Shown piece by piece: positions 1-11,884 of a stretch of DNA of 64,000 nt; positions within the stretch are counted from its first letter, which is position 1; the number at the start of each line of letters is the position of its first letter. The stretch spans positions 72,230,001-72,294,000 of the forward strand of contig OZ024740.1 in NCBI GenBank assembly GCA_964016885.1, written 5' to 3'. The stretch is from Eledone cirrhosa. Lineage: Eukaryota. The translations under genes were made by a program, and so were the position numbers. Below the pieces are notes generated by a model that was not told the DNA's origin, did not search any database, and saw nothing but the letters and a program-made list of their open reading frames with translations.

Positions 1-507
1 TTTATGGTAATTATTAGTATTAGGGTTCCTTTCCTGTCCCCGATTTAACAATTTTCTTTTCATTTATTTTTTTAGTTTTTCTACAGAATTTTTTGTTAAA
101 AATTATTTTTAATTTCCATTGCTACAATATCTGGTTTTACATTATATATATATATATATATAATGTAAATCTTTATTCTAGCTGCAAACCTAAACTGCCT
201 GCAGTTGCCTCTAAACACATCTAAGTTTTTCTATGGATATGTTGCCTTTGTATATGAAGGGGAGTTGATCTTTAAAAACAAAACCTGCTATATGCCCAAA
301 TAGCTTCAATAAGTTGCTATATTGTCAAGTTTGTGTTTTAAAACTAAAAGATCAGTCCCGAACAACATAGAAATCTGTAGCTGGTTTGTATTATTTTGTC
401 CATTTATGATCAATGTTATTTGATATTATTGATCTGATTTCTGACATATTAACTCCAATGGTTAGCAGATTGTCAGGAAATTTTACCTTTCTCCTTATTA
501 CCTATGA

Positions 508-620
508 AGGCATGTAGCTGAGTGGTTAATGTGCTGGACTCACAATCATAAGGTTATGGGTTTGATTCCTGTATCAGGCAGCATATTGCTCTTGTGAAAA
601 ATACTGTTTCATGTTCCATT
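508..620 (+). mobile_element. Degenerate tRNA-derived SINE head (CORE-type family)
   Basis: A-box-like agctgagtggttaa and B-box-like gggtttgattcc; resembles better copies at 19314 and 54385. Confidence 0.5.
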
Positions 621-1987
621 CTGCCAGGAGTTGCGACCACCAGAAAGTATCAGCAATAGAAAAACCTATGGAAACATTGTTTCCTTGGTCTGATTTGATG
701 ATTGGCTCTTTTCTTTTCCTTACTGCTAGGATTTTTTTTTAGTTATCAATGTAGGAGTTCTCTTCTCTTGACTTGGTTATTCTTCCTTCTTTTCTCCCTC
801 CATCTGCTCTATTTTCTCCTATTTGGTTAACCCAATGGTTAATACATTGTCAGAAAATTTTACCCTTCTTACTACCTGGCTCCTTGTTTTAGTTATCAAT
901 GTAAGAGTTCTCTTCTCTTAACTTGGTTATTATTCCCTTTCTCCACCCCTGGGGTTTTATTTTCTCTTATTTGGTTCCCTAGCAGAGCTATCAGTGTTCA
1001 AATGATTTTCACAGCTTATCATCACATCCTTCCATTTTTTCTCCATTATCACCAATGGATTGACTGACAATTATACATATATTAAATTCAATGTTTATTT
1101 TTTTTACTACTAAGTCCATTTTGCTACCATTTCTTTCACAGAAAACCAAACCCATCTTGCACATTACTGAGATCTTTAATGAAATCATTCTATATATTTC
1201 TTTAATAAGCACCTAATGGCATGGGATGGAGGAAGTTTATTCCTTCATTTAAATGAAGACACTCTGTCGGATGTTGCCATTAGTATATTTTGCCACTTTT
1301 CTATTTAATACTTTAAACATACCTCAATGTATACAGTATTGTGTGCAGAGACCGATTTCATAGTTAATTATTCAGAACTGAGTTTCGCCTATAACTTGAT
1401 TTATTCCACTACAGGGTGGCCATTTAATAATAGCAATACACACTCAATTGATGTTAGTTTCTGCATTATACAGGGACAGATTAAGTTTCCATGGGACCCC
1501 TGGCTGAAAATTTCATCAGGGTACTTGCCTATTATTTATGGTAGGAAAAAAAATTTATCTAGGGTCCTTTAGATAATGAGATGGGGGCGGAGGCTCTGGC
1601 TACAGCCCAATCAGCCTTCCACACGTCTTCTCCCTTAATCTGCCACTAGCATTATGTGTGAAAATTAACATCTTTTCTAGACGTACCAATACATACATGT
1701 ACAAATGTACCTGTATGTATATATTCTTTTCAGGTTTTGTGACTTTTTCCTAACTTGTCACACAACCTCCATGGTGGAAAATCATGTCAAAATGGGCTGG
1801 GGTCCATGTGGTTTATTTATTCCTCATAGGAAGGAAGTATAAATATAAAAATGTATTTGTTTGTATACACTATTCACATATCAGTACTTACAGATATATG
1901 TATATTTGGCCATCTTCAAAGTAAATACATACATTCACCTACTAGCGACTTGACACTGATCTTACGACATTATGTATGTATATTTTG

Positions 1988-2082
1988 GTCAACTTTGCCT
2001 TTCATCCTTATGGGGTCGATAAAATAAAGTACCAGTAATGTACTGGGTAATTGCTGGCCTTGTGCCAAAAGTAGAAACAATT
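1988..2082 (+). mobile_element. 5'-truncated SINE (family A) with TSD
   Basis: ttgcctttcatcc...gtcgataaaataaagtaccag...gtagaaacaatta body shared with 2591, 7170, 38749, 43160, 59510; flanked by the direct repeat attatgtatgtatattttg. Confidence 0.85.
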
Positions 2083-2306
2083 ATGTATGTATATTTTGTC
2101 TAATTTGAATGTATTTTGAATTAAATAGAATTGTGCATAACATACTGGGTCCCTAGCTGACTGCTGCCAATTTGTCAGTTGGAAAGATTATTTTGCAAAT
2201 AAATCTTATTGTAATTTATTGAAATAAAGAAAAGTATTTGTAGGAGAATTTCTCTAATAAAGTGTTTTGTTATTTCTGATAAATATCATTGTTTGCATGC
2301 TTTTAA

Positions 2307-2845
2307 CTCTTTTGATACCAAGCCATCTGAAACTGCTTCCGGTTCCACAGTACAGCACTGTTTATATTTATCTAAATACTTTCCATTGTTATGTTTTGTA
2401 AGAACCTTAAGTTACATTCCAAACATCAATCCAACTTTTGATTACAAAAAAAACCTGTCTAAAACTACCTAGTTCTACAATGTTTTTTAAAATATTTATA
2501 TTTGTCTAAAAAGCTATCATAATTTTATGTAAGAACCTTTAAGTTACAGCTAAATTTCTCATTGTGAAGCTTATTGGAGTGTACTAATTAGGGCAGTGGA
2601 TTGGCAGTATCAGTAGGGCATCAGACACCATGCTTTGCAGCATAATTACAGTCTGAATTCAAATTCTGCCAAGGTTAACTTTGCCTTTCATCCTTACGGG
2701 GTCGATAAAATAAAGGACCAGTAATGCATGGGATAATTGCTGGCCTTGTGCCAAAAGTAGAAACAATTATTAAATACCATCAAATTATTATTTTCAAAAT
2801 TAATTTAAAATCAGTGTCTTTCATTAGAATATTACAACAAAAGGG
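2307..2845. mobile_element. piggyBac-like MITE containing a nested SINE
   Basis: TTAA on both sides (2303-2306, 2846-2849); imperfect termini ctcttttgat / aacaaaaggg. Confidence 0.5.
2591..2770 (+). mobile_element. SINE family A, near full length
   Basis: tRNA-like head ggcagtggattggcag...gaattcaaattc plus the shared body and tail. Confidence 0.85.
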
Positions 2846-2899
2846 TTAATCTTAATTATTATCAAACTTCCCTCCCTTATTTTTGGGATGGCCATGGGA

Positions 2900-3830
2900 G
2901 CACAGTCCTCAGACATGCCTTCCAGTGGGTCCTATCAGAAGCAACCATACCCTAATGATTGGGCTGGATCCGCAAACATCTTGCTCATAGTCTACCCATG
3001 GGTTTCCTGCCAGTTGGTTTTGCCTGTAAAATCTGTCTACATCCTAACCACATAAAACTATACTGGAGCAGTGATTTCTCAATGCAGAGAAATAGCAACT
3101 CTATGATTTCTGAGTTTCACAATCTATTGAGTAATGCTATTCCAAAGACCTTTTGGAGGAATCCTATTTCAGCTGCTTGTATTCTTGATCAAATTCTTTT
3201 GGTCATTGTCCAAGATTCATGACCATAAGTAAAGGTTGGCACAAACACTGAATTGAAGATTCAGTTCGGCTTTTACATTTACATCCTTTCTTCTGATGAC
3301 TGAATGCTGAAGCTGACACATTACTGCACCAGCTCCTGAAATTCTTGCATTTAATTCAGTCTCCTGCCTTTCATTACTCATGAACATGGCCATGAGATAC
3401 TTGAACTTCTTCACATGCTTCAGTGGAACTGCACACACATGTAGTGTACTGCACAGGCTTCTTTGGGAGGATGAATATCTCAGACTTTGCAGCTCGGATT
3501 TACATTCCTGCCATGCAGCATTCAGCAAAACACCTATCAAGTGTATGTTGATCACCTGATAAATTTAATTGCACCATGTCATCTGCAAATTGTAGCTGAC
3601 TGATCCTACACCTGTCAGTCTTTATACCACTTTCAACCCAGCTGCACATATCAATCCTGTTCATGATGATTATGAACAGGAGAGGTGACAATGCAGAGTC
3701 CGGCAACCTCATTGAATGGTTTTGATTTTAGCACTTACACAAATACTAACATTAATACAGGCACTTCAAGCCAACAAGAAGCTGTCCATCGATCCCATAT
3801 ATCTGCAGAACTTTCCACAAGAAATTGAAG
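2900..3830 (-). pseudogene. Degraded RTE-clade (Expander/Rex3-like) LINE reverse transcriptase fragment
   Basis: ORFs 3500-3712 and 3217-3555: LSPLLFIIIM, LQFADDMV, VKKFKYL, ELNARISGAGAV; frameshifted. Confidence 0.8.
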
Positions 3831-4694
3831 CCTCCCAACACACACAATTGAGCTAGAGCATACCTTCTTTATTTAAAGCTTTTAACATCTTGAGCCATAC
3901 CACAATGATGGGTGACCACTTGGGAAACCTAGGTGCTGTAAGGATTTTTTTTTTTTCCCTTGGCAGAGCAGTTTTGCAAGATAACTGGTCATAGATAGTG
4001 ATGCAGCAACTATTATGGCTAGTCGTGATATAAGTGGGCTCTTTCCAGATGAATAAACAACCCCAGACCAAACAGCAATAAGTTACTAGGGAAGATGGAG
4101 CAATGAGTGACCCTGTTAGCTCTCAAGAACTTTCACAACCCAGTGATATAGCTACAATGATGCGAGTAAAGGCTGCATGCAACTGCACATGAGTAAACAG
4201 TGATACAATGAGGAGAAAAATAAATCACAGAAAATGTCACTTTTAACTATGAAAAAAGTTTAAACTGGAATTTAAGTGTTTTTGCAATGAGCTTTGTTTC
4301 TTTACTTATATTTTTATAAATAGTTTTAAACAAATTACTTTTTTTATGGTATTTGATAATAAAATGTGACTTTTTCTTGTAGATTCATCTGTTAAAACAT
4401 CAACACTGTATCTGTGATACAAGACTTGAAAATAAAAAGGAAGGTAGACATGAAAGTCAACTCAGATAAAGTTTCCACAGTTTGGTGTTTAAAAAAATAA
4501 CTTGTAGAAATGAAAAATCTAACTCGTAAAACTGGATTTAAAAACAAATAATAGTCGTAAGTAATGAAATGTAGAGATGCATCTGCAGAAGAAATGGAAC
4601 CCTTTTAAGTATAACTACAGTATTTTAATGTGTGGGAAGACTTTCTAATGTATGTAAAAAATTAAAAAATAAAAATAAAATAAAAAATAAAAAT

Positions 4695-4940
4695 CCCTTC
4701 AGTCACGAATGACCATGGGTTTTGCAACTAGAAAGTTCCCCTTGAGGCATAAGTCCAGACAAGGTGCTTGTGGAAGATCAGCAGTTGTCCATGCATACCA
4801 GTCTCCCCTCTCCATTCCACCAATGTTGTCCAAAAGAAAGGCAAAGACCAGTACAGCTTGGCACCAATGACATTGCAACTCCTTTCTCCACCTAAGTGAA
4901 CCGGAGCAATGTGAAATAAAGTGCCTTGCTCAAGGAATTG
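4695..4940 (-). mobile_element. CORE-type SINE, headless
   Basis: Contains ggagcaatgtgaaataaagtgccttgctcaagga core shared with the copies at 20.4 kb and 24.3 kb. Confidence 0.7.
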
Positions 4941-4952
4941 AACTGACTGTAA

Positions 4953-5055
4953 TTTGTAGACGATATGGTATTACTTAACTTGACGGAAGATGATCTTCAA
5001 CTTGCTCTTGATAGGTTTGATGCCGAGAGCTGCATGGCTGGAATGAAAATCAGGG
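4953..5055 (+). pseudogene. Short RT fragment of the same RTE family as 2900-3830, opposite orientation
   Basis: Translates FVDDMVLLNLTEDDLQLALDRFDAESCMAGMKIR, homologous to 3500-3590. Confidence 0.75.
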
Positions 5056-6398
5056 CACTTAATAGCATTGGACAAAATATTTTGTGGTATTTGTTCCAGC
5101 TCTTTACGTTCTGAGATCAAATCCTGTGGTGTTTGGAGGAGCTGTGCTGCTGACAAATAAGTTCTTGTCATTGTTGGCAGCATACCTTACTGAGGTATCA
5201 GGTAATGTCTATGAAGGTACTTGGTTGTTCCAGTGCTTTAGCCTCGCTATCACCTGTGGTAATGCTACCAGTGTATTGACTTTCTCAAAGTATTAGAGGG
5301 AGGCTCTGGTACACTGTTGAATTAATTTTTTTTTTTTTCATTTTGCTTCTATATTTTTATGTAAAATATTTATGTAATTAAGTAATAGAGATACATGTGT
5401 ATGTGTAAGTGCCAAAATCAGAAACAATTATTATCACAGTATAACTAGTAGTGCAGTTAAGAGGGAAGACTGCACTTTTAGTTTGCTGCATTGAAAAAAT
5501 GTGGAAGGAGGGTGAGGGTTGAACTGAAGGACCTCCCAGGATGACTACGTCTCTGAGTATAACTTGAAGGTGAACTCCTGATTAACCATGTTCAAGGGCT
5601 TCTGAGAAAGGCGCGAATGCCACTTCTCATTTTCACTACTTCTGACCCTCCAAATACAAAAATAATAAATATATTATTATCTATGAAAACTCAAGCAGCA
5701 TGCCTGTACAAAAAAAAAAAAAACTTAACACTTATGGTAATGATGGTAATATTTATTCTTACAGTATAGAAGTAAATCTGGCACACTTCAAACTATGTGG
5801 TATCCTGTTTTAATATTATTATTATGGGGAATTTGTTGTTTGTTTAAATGTTTATTTTCGTAGTCAGTTATAAATTTTATTTTACACAAAGAAAAAGCCA
5901 CAGTGTATTGTCCCATACTGTCTTTAAAGTTTCCTTAATGTGAGCCCCATGTGGCTAATAAAGACATTATTTTATATATATATTGATTTAAGACTTATAA
6001 TAGTCTTTTTACATATGCAATCTATACCAGCTTTTAATCATCAGGAATTATTAGCAAACGGAAGTATTACATGATGCCTGTGGATGTTTGGTTATTTCAC
6101 AATCACCTAGCCTTACTGATATATCGAGTGATGCCTCTATTAAAGATGATTGGTTATTCCAGTGCCTTAGCTATGCTATCACACATGACAATGCTGCAGG
6201 TGTGTTGGCTTTTCTCAAAAATTATTAGAGGGACGCTTCAGTTCCCTTTGTTGTGGGTCATGATTGAGAATGTCGGTCTTCTACATTTTCCTTTTTTTTA
6301 AATTATAATATAAATTGTATATTTGTATACATAATTCTTTTTCTATATCTCTTTCTCATTCCCTCTCTCTCACTTTCTATCTTTCTCTAGAAGAAATC

Positions 6399-6471
6399 TG
6401 CTGTACTCAGGCCTGATGAGATGGGCTCTGCCAGGCTTAAGATGCCCAAGAAACGCTGTGTCAATACAGCA
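6399..6471 (+). ncRNA. Degenerate hammerhead-like motif
   Basis: CTGATGA...TGGGC/GCCCA...GAAAC gctgt GTC, with distal tgctgta/tacagca pairing; proximal stem I imperfect. Confidence 0.4.
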
Positions 6472-7169
6472 CCCCTACGAAACCCCAGGAGTTACAGGAC
6501 CATACATACATATATGCAAACATAATTATGCAAAATAAAATTAACACTATCACAGTTTAGTGCCCTCCTCTTGGTTTTGTTTCCCCATAACTTTATTAAT
6601 AAGGTATAATTTTAAATGAAATTTCAGATACATTTCACAAAGATGATGATGATAGAATTTGAAGGAAAATTTTGAAAACAATTTGATTAATAAGATCTGA
6701 AGTGTAACTCAGTCAGTGAGTATATTTTTATCGGCAGCATGACCTTCCCAAAGTATAACAATTATCTGTTTCAACACATGATTTCGCATCAAGAATCTTA
6801 CAAAATAAATTTAATTTTTTTTGTTTTGCTTTGTCTTTCTTTATACAGAGTTCCTGGTTGTAGAAATGACATTATGTTCCTGTGAAAAATCTATAGCATT
6901 ATTTTGATTGATATTATACATTAATAACATGTAATTGGATGGTATGATGAACAAATTCACAGAGTTTATGTTTAGCCTACTACAAACAGATCTCAAAACA
7001 TATTTAGTAAATGAAAACATTAACGACCATAACTATATACAATAATGAAAGTATTTAAAAAATTAAATCCATTTTCATTTGATTAACATAATCTACATCA
7101 CTGAAAATATCTCTCTGCAAAATTTCATTCAAAACGTATACATTATTAAGAAAGTTATGAGAAAATAAT

Positions 7170-7298
7170 TGTTTCTACTTTGGCACAAGGCCAGCAATTA
7201 CCCAGTGCATTACTGGTACTTTATTTTATCGACCCTGTAAGGATGAAAGACAAATTCAACCTCGGCAGGATTTGAATTCAGATCGTTAAGGGACGTAA
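7170..7298 (-). mobile_element. 5'-truncated SINE family A with 33-bp flanking duplication
   Basis: Reverse-complement SINE body; tatacattattaagaaagttatgagaaaataat at 7137-7169 and 7299-7331. Confidence 0.85.
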
Positions 7299-7639
7299 TA
7301 TACATTATTAAGAAAGTTATGAGAAAATAATGTTGGTATGGTTGGCATTAAGCTGTAATTATGCCAGATTTTATAGATTTATTTTATTATTATTTAAACA
7401 TGTTCAATATTATATAGTTTTTTTCAACTTTTTAAATCAAAGACATCTGTCAAATATGTCAGCCAATGATATTAATAATTAAACAAGCATTTTCAAAATG
7501 TGGAAAATTTTGAATTTTCTTTTGTTCCTCTGAAATTTACCAATGGAATCATTCAAACTTTCTTGTATTCAACAAAAAATTGACTTCTAGACATCCTCCA
7601 CACATTAATTTCTTTCAATGTTCAGCATGGTGATGCCCC

Positions 7640-7820
7640 TGATAAGGGTACTTGGTTATTCTAGTGTCTTAGCCCTGCTATCACCCAGTCTATCCAATAT
7701 ATTAGGTGATATCCATGGTGCAGGTGCTTCATTATTCCAGTATCTTAGCCTTACCATCACCCAGCCTTACCAATGTATCAGATGATATCAATGGTGAAGG
7801 TACTTGGCTATTCCAGAACC
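7640..7820 (+). repeat. Dispersed ~75-bp tandem motif (ggtacttggttattccagtg...ttagcc..gctatcacc)
   Basis: About 2.5 units here; related copies at ~5190-5300, ~6085-6235 and inverted at ~38140-38260. Confidence 0.6.
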
Positions 7821-7899
7821 TGATGTGACCCAAGAAATGGAGCAGGCCCTGGGTAATTGGACTCGTGAAGGCCTCTCCATACCCCAGTATATAAATGTC

Positions 7900-8620
7900 C
7901 AATGTAACTGGGACAACAGCAAGTAAAGTTCTACCTTCAGGTGGATTGAGTTTGACTTGAACCAACACCACCAGGCCTACCTCTATTCCCCCTCAGCCAA
8001 ATAGTGCTGCTCGTCTCAATTTGGTGCCCTCCTCATCAGCCAGTGCCTTTCTTGATAAGTGCACTCACATCAGATTAATCCAATGCCTCAGCCTCCACTT
8101 GTGTGAGCTACATAAATCTCATTGTGGAGTTGTTGTCAACAAGTTCGGTCTGCACCCACTATCATGCCACCAAGGTGCAGGCCAGTTCCCCTGACATGCC
8201 ACTCTCGATGACATAATGAGAAGGAGCCATGACATAGCTGGCTTCCAATCACAACTGGAGCCAGCAGGCCTTGCCCATGGGGATGGCAAACACCCCAACA
8301 GAATTACCCTCTTCTCTTTCAAAGAAGGTAAATCCCTCATTTGGGACTGACATGCTGTGACACATTCTCCGCCTCCAGCTTAGTTGCGTCGGCCACAAAC
8401 CCCGATACTGCAGCCTGCATTGCAGAGGACAGGAAGACAAGCAAATACCCTGAACAGCTGACTTCCTCCATAAAATTTGATCGATAGCCTGTCTGAGGAA
8501 GGAGCCCTGAGAGGTTGGGTTGTCTGTTGTAGCGGGGGTCACAAGCCATTGCCTGCAAAAATGCTTTTGCCATTTTATTCGCAGGGCACAATCGAAACAC
8601 TGCTCTGACCTAAGTGTAGA
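7900..8620 (+). pseudogene. CRE-clade-like non-LTR retrotransposon 3' fragment (restriction-like endonuclease domain)
   Basis: + strand reads HATLDDIMRR...LEPAGLAHGDGKHPNRITLFSFKEGKSLIWD...DTFSASS...AEDRKTSKY with frameshifts. Confidence 0.7.
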
Positions 8621-8774
8621 GTCTATCACCCTCTCTCCTTCCCCCCTTTCTTTTTTCCTTTGCCTAGTAGTCCTTGCTCTTCTCCTTTTCCTCTCATTAG
8701 TGACGTTTATAGTCCTTTCCAATGCTGCTTTCTTTTTCTCTGTTTGACCAATTTATAATTAAATAAATAACCGT

Positions 8775-8985
8775 GTAGGTAACACGGTAAAAAGTTCCCA
8801 GTTCCACACTGTAAATGTGGTTGGTGTTAGGAAGGGCATCCAGCCGTAGAAAACCTGCCAGATAGTCCTATATGAGCGCGACACAGTCACCCGACCAACC
8901 TTGCCTCAAGTGGGACAACTCTCGTCTAACTCATGCTAGCATGGAAGATTGACGTTAAACGAAGATGATGAATATGATGATGAAA
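8775..8985 (+). mobile_element. RTE-related SINE fragment
   Basis: ggttggtgttaggaagggcatccagc motif and (gat)n-type tail. Confidence 0.7.
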
Positions 8986-9204
8986 TCTCACCATTAAAAC
9001 TTTTTAAAAAATACAATATTTATAACTATTATTACTATAATATTTGCTAATTCTTGTTTTTGCCGTTTCCCTTTACTACACAACAGTCCATGAACCCACC
9101 ATCAGTTTGTTTCCTCGTAATTTCTTTAATAAAGTATATTTTTTAATGATATTTTGTAGTGATGACACTTATATTGATGAAATAATAAAAATAGATATAT
9201 TATT

Positions 9205-9430
9205 TGATCGCAACGTCGGCAGCCCATCAGAGGAGGGACTCCCACGAGGTGGGGTGGCTGTTGGAGCAGGTGTTGCTGGCCATTGTCCATGGGAATGCTT
9301 TTCCATGAGCTTGGCTGGTCTCGCTTAGGGATACAACCAAATCAGTTAGAAACAGTTGCTTCTGACAGGACCTGTTAAAAGGAGTTTTTGAGGACTCTGC
9401 CCCAACGACCCTCTCAGGAATAAGTGTCCA
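9205..9430 (+). pseudogene. CRE-like element extreme 3' end fragment
   Basis: RRDSHEVGWLLEQVLLAIVHGNAF resembles the CRE C-terminal LAIxRGNA motif and the end of the 7900-8620 copy. Confidence 0.5.
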
Positions 9431-10578
9431 AAGAAGAAGAGCGCACTGTACACAATAATTTCATTATTATTTAAGATGATGAGGGTGACGATGATGATAT
9501 CATAGATTTTATAGTAGTACGTAATACCGTTACCACCCACACTTTATTCTATTCTTATTTTTCAATATTGTATATATCTTATTCATTATATAAATTGTAG
9601 ACACCTTTATTGATATATAAATAACGACAAAAAAATGACTGAATAAATTGCAAAAAAAATATTTATTTATTTATTTTGTCAACATAACCGTCACCTGCTC
9701 CTTCAAAAATTTATCTCTGCAAACTATCTTTTAAAGAAAAGTCTACATTCTTAAAAAAGCAATTACAGCGTGTTATGAGAAAACAGAGTCGAATGTATGT
9801 TGCGTATGAGGGGGGGGGGGGGGGTCTCCAAACTGTAATTAGCCCAACGTTCCACCACACAAGTTAATGCTATTAAAGCTTACGTTACATTAATAATTCC
9901 TCTTCTACACTTCCTCACAGAAAATCCTTTTTACCATCCCACTCACTTTTGCTAAATACACTTCTGTGAGTAATATTGTCGTTATGCTATTTTAAACATT
10001 CTTCTTTTATAGTTTTCCTTACTAACTTAAAACCGTTTATCTCTCTTTAATACAGCCGCTCCCTCATTTGTTAAATAGTTCACGTCATCTACCGCTCCTA
10101 CACGGGTCTTCCTTCAACCAAAGGAGTTATCTTCTGTCTTTAATACTTCCTGATATCAAGCCTACATATATACACAAACGATGTTTTTTCTATTTATTTA
10201 AAAACAACTTTTTTAAATCATGTACTTAAAACACAATTTATATAAGGAATATGGTTTACAAAGGAAACAAATTAATAGAAATTATTCAGAGAAAAAAGAG
10301 ATGCACACTCAACTACACACTACAACAGGGAATACTGGTGTTTCCTTCTAAAAATGTTTGAGGCAACGGATGAAGCATTTCTGAATGGGGGGGGGGGGGG
10401 CAAATTTGGTCCATTTAGTTGAAGTGATTAGTTTAGCTGTTATCAAATATCAACCAAGATATAAAAAAAAACTTTGATATGCGATAAACACAGCATGTAC
10501 ATAAATTGTAGTGCATATACAAATAGATGTGTTTTGGTAATTTGTGAAGAAAAATATAATGGTGTTATATAAAAGTTT

Positions 10579-10916
10579 GGCACTACAACGCTATTAGCTG
10601 TCAGTCCAGTGGAAAACAGGCGAAGGTGACGTCACTCGTCAACATCGTTTATTTCCGTATTACTACCACGCGTAAGTGAAGTTTTCACGCGTTTTGTTAA
10701 GAGATAGGGAAGAGAGAGAGAGGGAAGACTTAAAAGGACCAAATAGAAAACAAGTCATGGTTATAAAGCATATCGATGTAAGTGGAGTTACTTAAATGAA
10801 AATGTAGGTGGCCCTTAAAAAAGGGCCAAATTAGAAAACGAGTCATTCATAAATTTAAGTTTTATAATCAAATTTTTTTCACCAACAAATATGACAGCTA
10901 ATAGCGTTGTAGTGCC
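10579..10916 (+). mobile_element. Merlin-like MITE with perfect 25-bp TIRs
   Basis: GGCACTACAACGCTATTAGCTGTCA at 10579-10603 and its exact reverse complement at 10892-10916; its own two flanks do not match. Confidence 0.8.
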
Positions 10917-10951
10917 CGCAATTCTGTATCTTTACGTATATTGCGCATAGA

Positions 10952-11230
10952 TACGAGGGTTGACAAAGATACTCTCATGGAATGTGACCAAATGAGGTTT
11001 ATTTTTCAACATAGTCTCCCTTGCGTTCCACACACTTCTTCCATCGGTGTTGCAGTACTGAGATCAATGTTTTCCTCGGTAGTGGCAGTTGTAGGACGTC
11101 CAGACATTGAGTCATCTTCAAGAATCCCCTATCCTTTCCTAAATTCGGCTGCCCACTTTTGCACAAAGGAAAATTGTGGTACAATATTGTAAGGTCTGCT
11201 TATAGCATTATCCATCTTTCAAAAATGAAG
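10952..11230 (-). mobile_element. Internally deleted mariner transposon remnant
   Basis: N-terminal WAAEFRKG..LEDD..SGRPTTATTEENI joined to C-terminal HRWKKCVERKGDYVEK*; TA followed by cgaggg terminus. Confidence 0.8.
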
Positions 11231-11884
11231 GTCCACATTTCGTCGACTTCAATACATTTGATTACATTTTATTGTATTGTAAACATTAACTTTTATGGAA
11301 ATGTTATTACAAAATTTCAATTTAGTTCGATTTTTTGGAATTTATTTAACAAACATGGAAAAATAAAATAAAAAATAATTTGATTGCCTTTAATAAAGAA
11401 GATAAATAGAGTGGAACTGATTTCCAGGTCATACTAATGAAACAAGGTTTTTTCCATTACTGATATCTGTCTGCCGCAAGTCCTGGTAGAAGATGCTACA
11501 CGAACTAAAGTATTTTACTGAAGGACGCAACATGCTGCAGGATCGAAGAAACGAGCCCATGACTTTATAATGGTTAGTCCAGTACCGTAACCCCTAAGGC
11601 ATGTGCCTTCACAGAGGAAAGGTAAATCATATTATAACAGATTAGATGGGTACTATGTTAGATATTACTATGTGTCATATTATACCAAAGAGGAAGTGTG
11701 CTGTATAATAAACATTGATATCAGGTTGATTCAATAACTACCCGGTCCCAAATATGAACTTATGGTCGTCAGTCAAACACTTTAACCATTGTATGTATGT
11801 ATGTATACACGGATGGATGTATGTGTGTATACATGTATGGATGGATGGATGGTTGTATATATGTAAGTATGTATGCGTGTATGA

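Noticed and set aside
4383-4443. Possible host exon after ttttttcttgtag
   Set aside because: Weak donor, no recognisable peptide and no supporting neighbouring exons.
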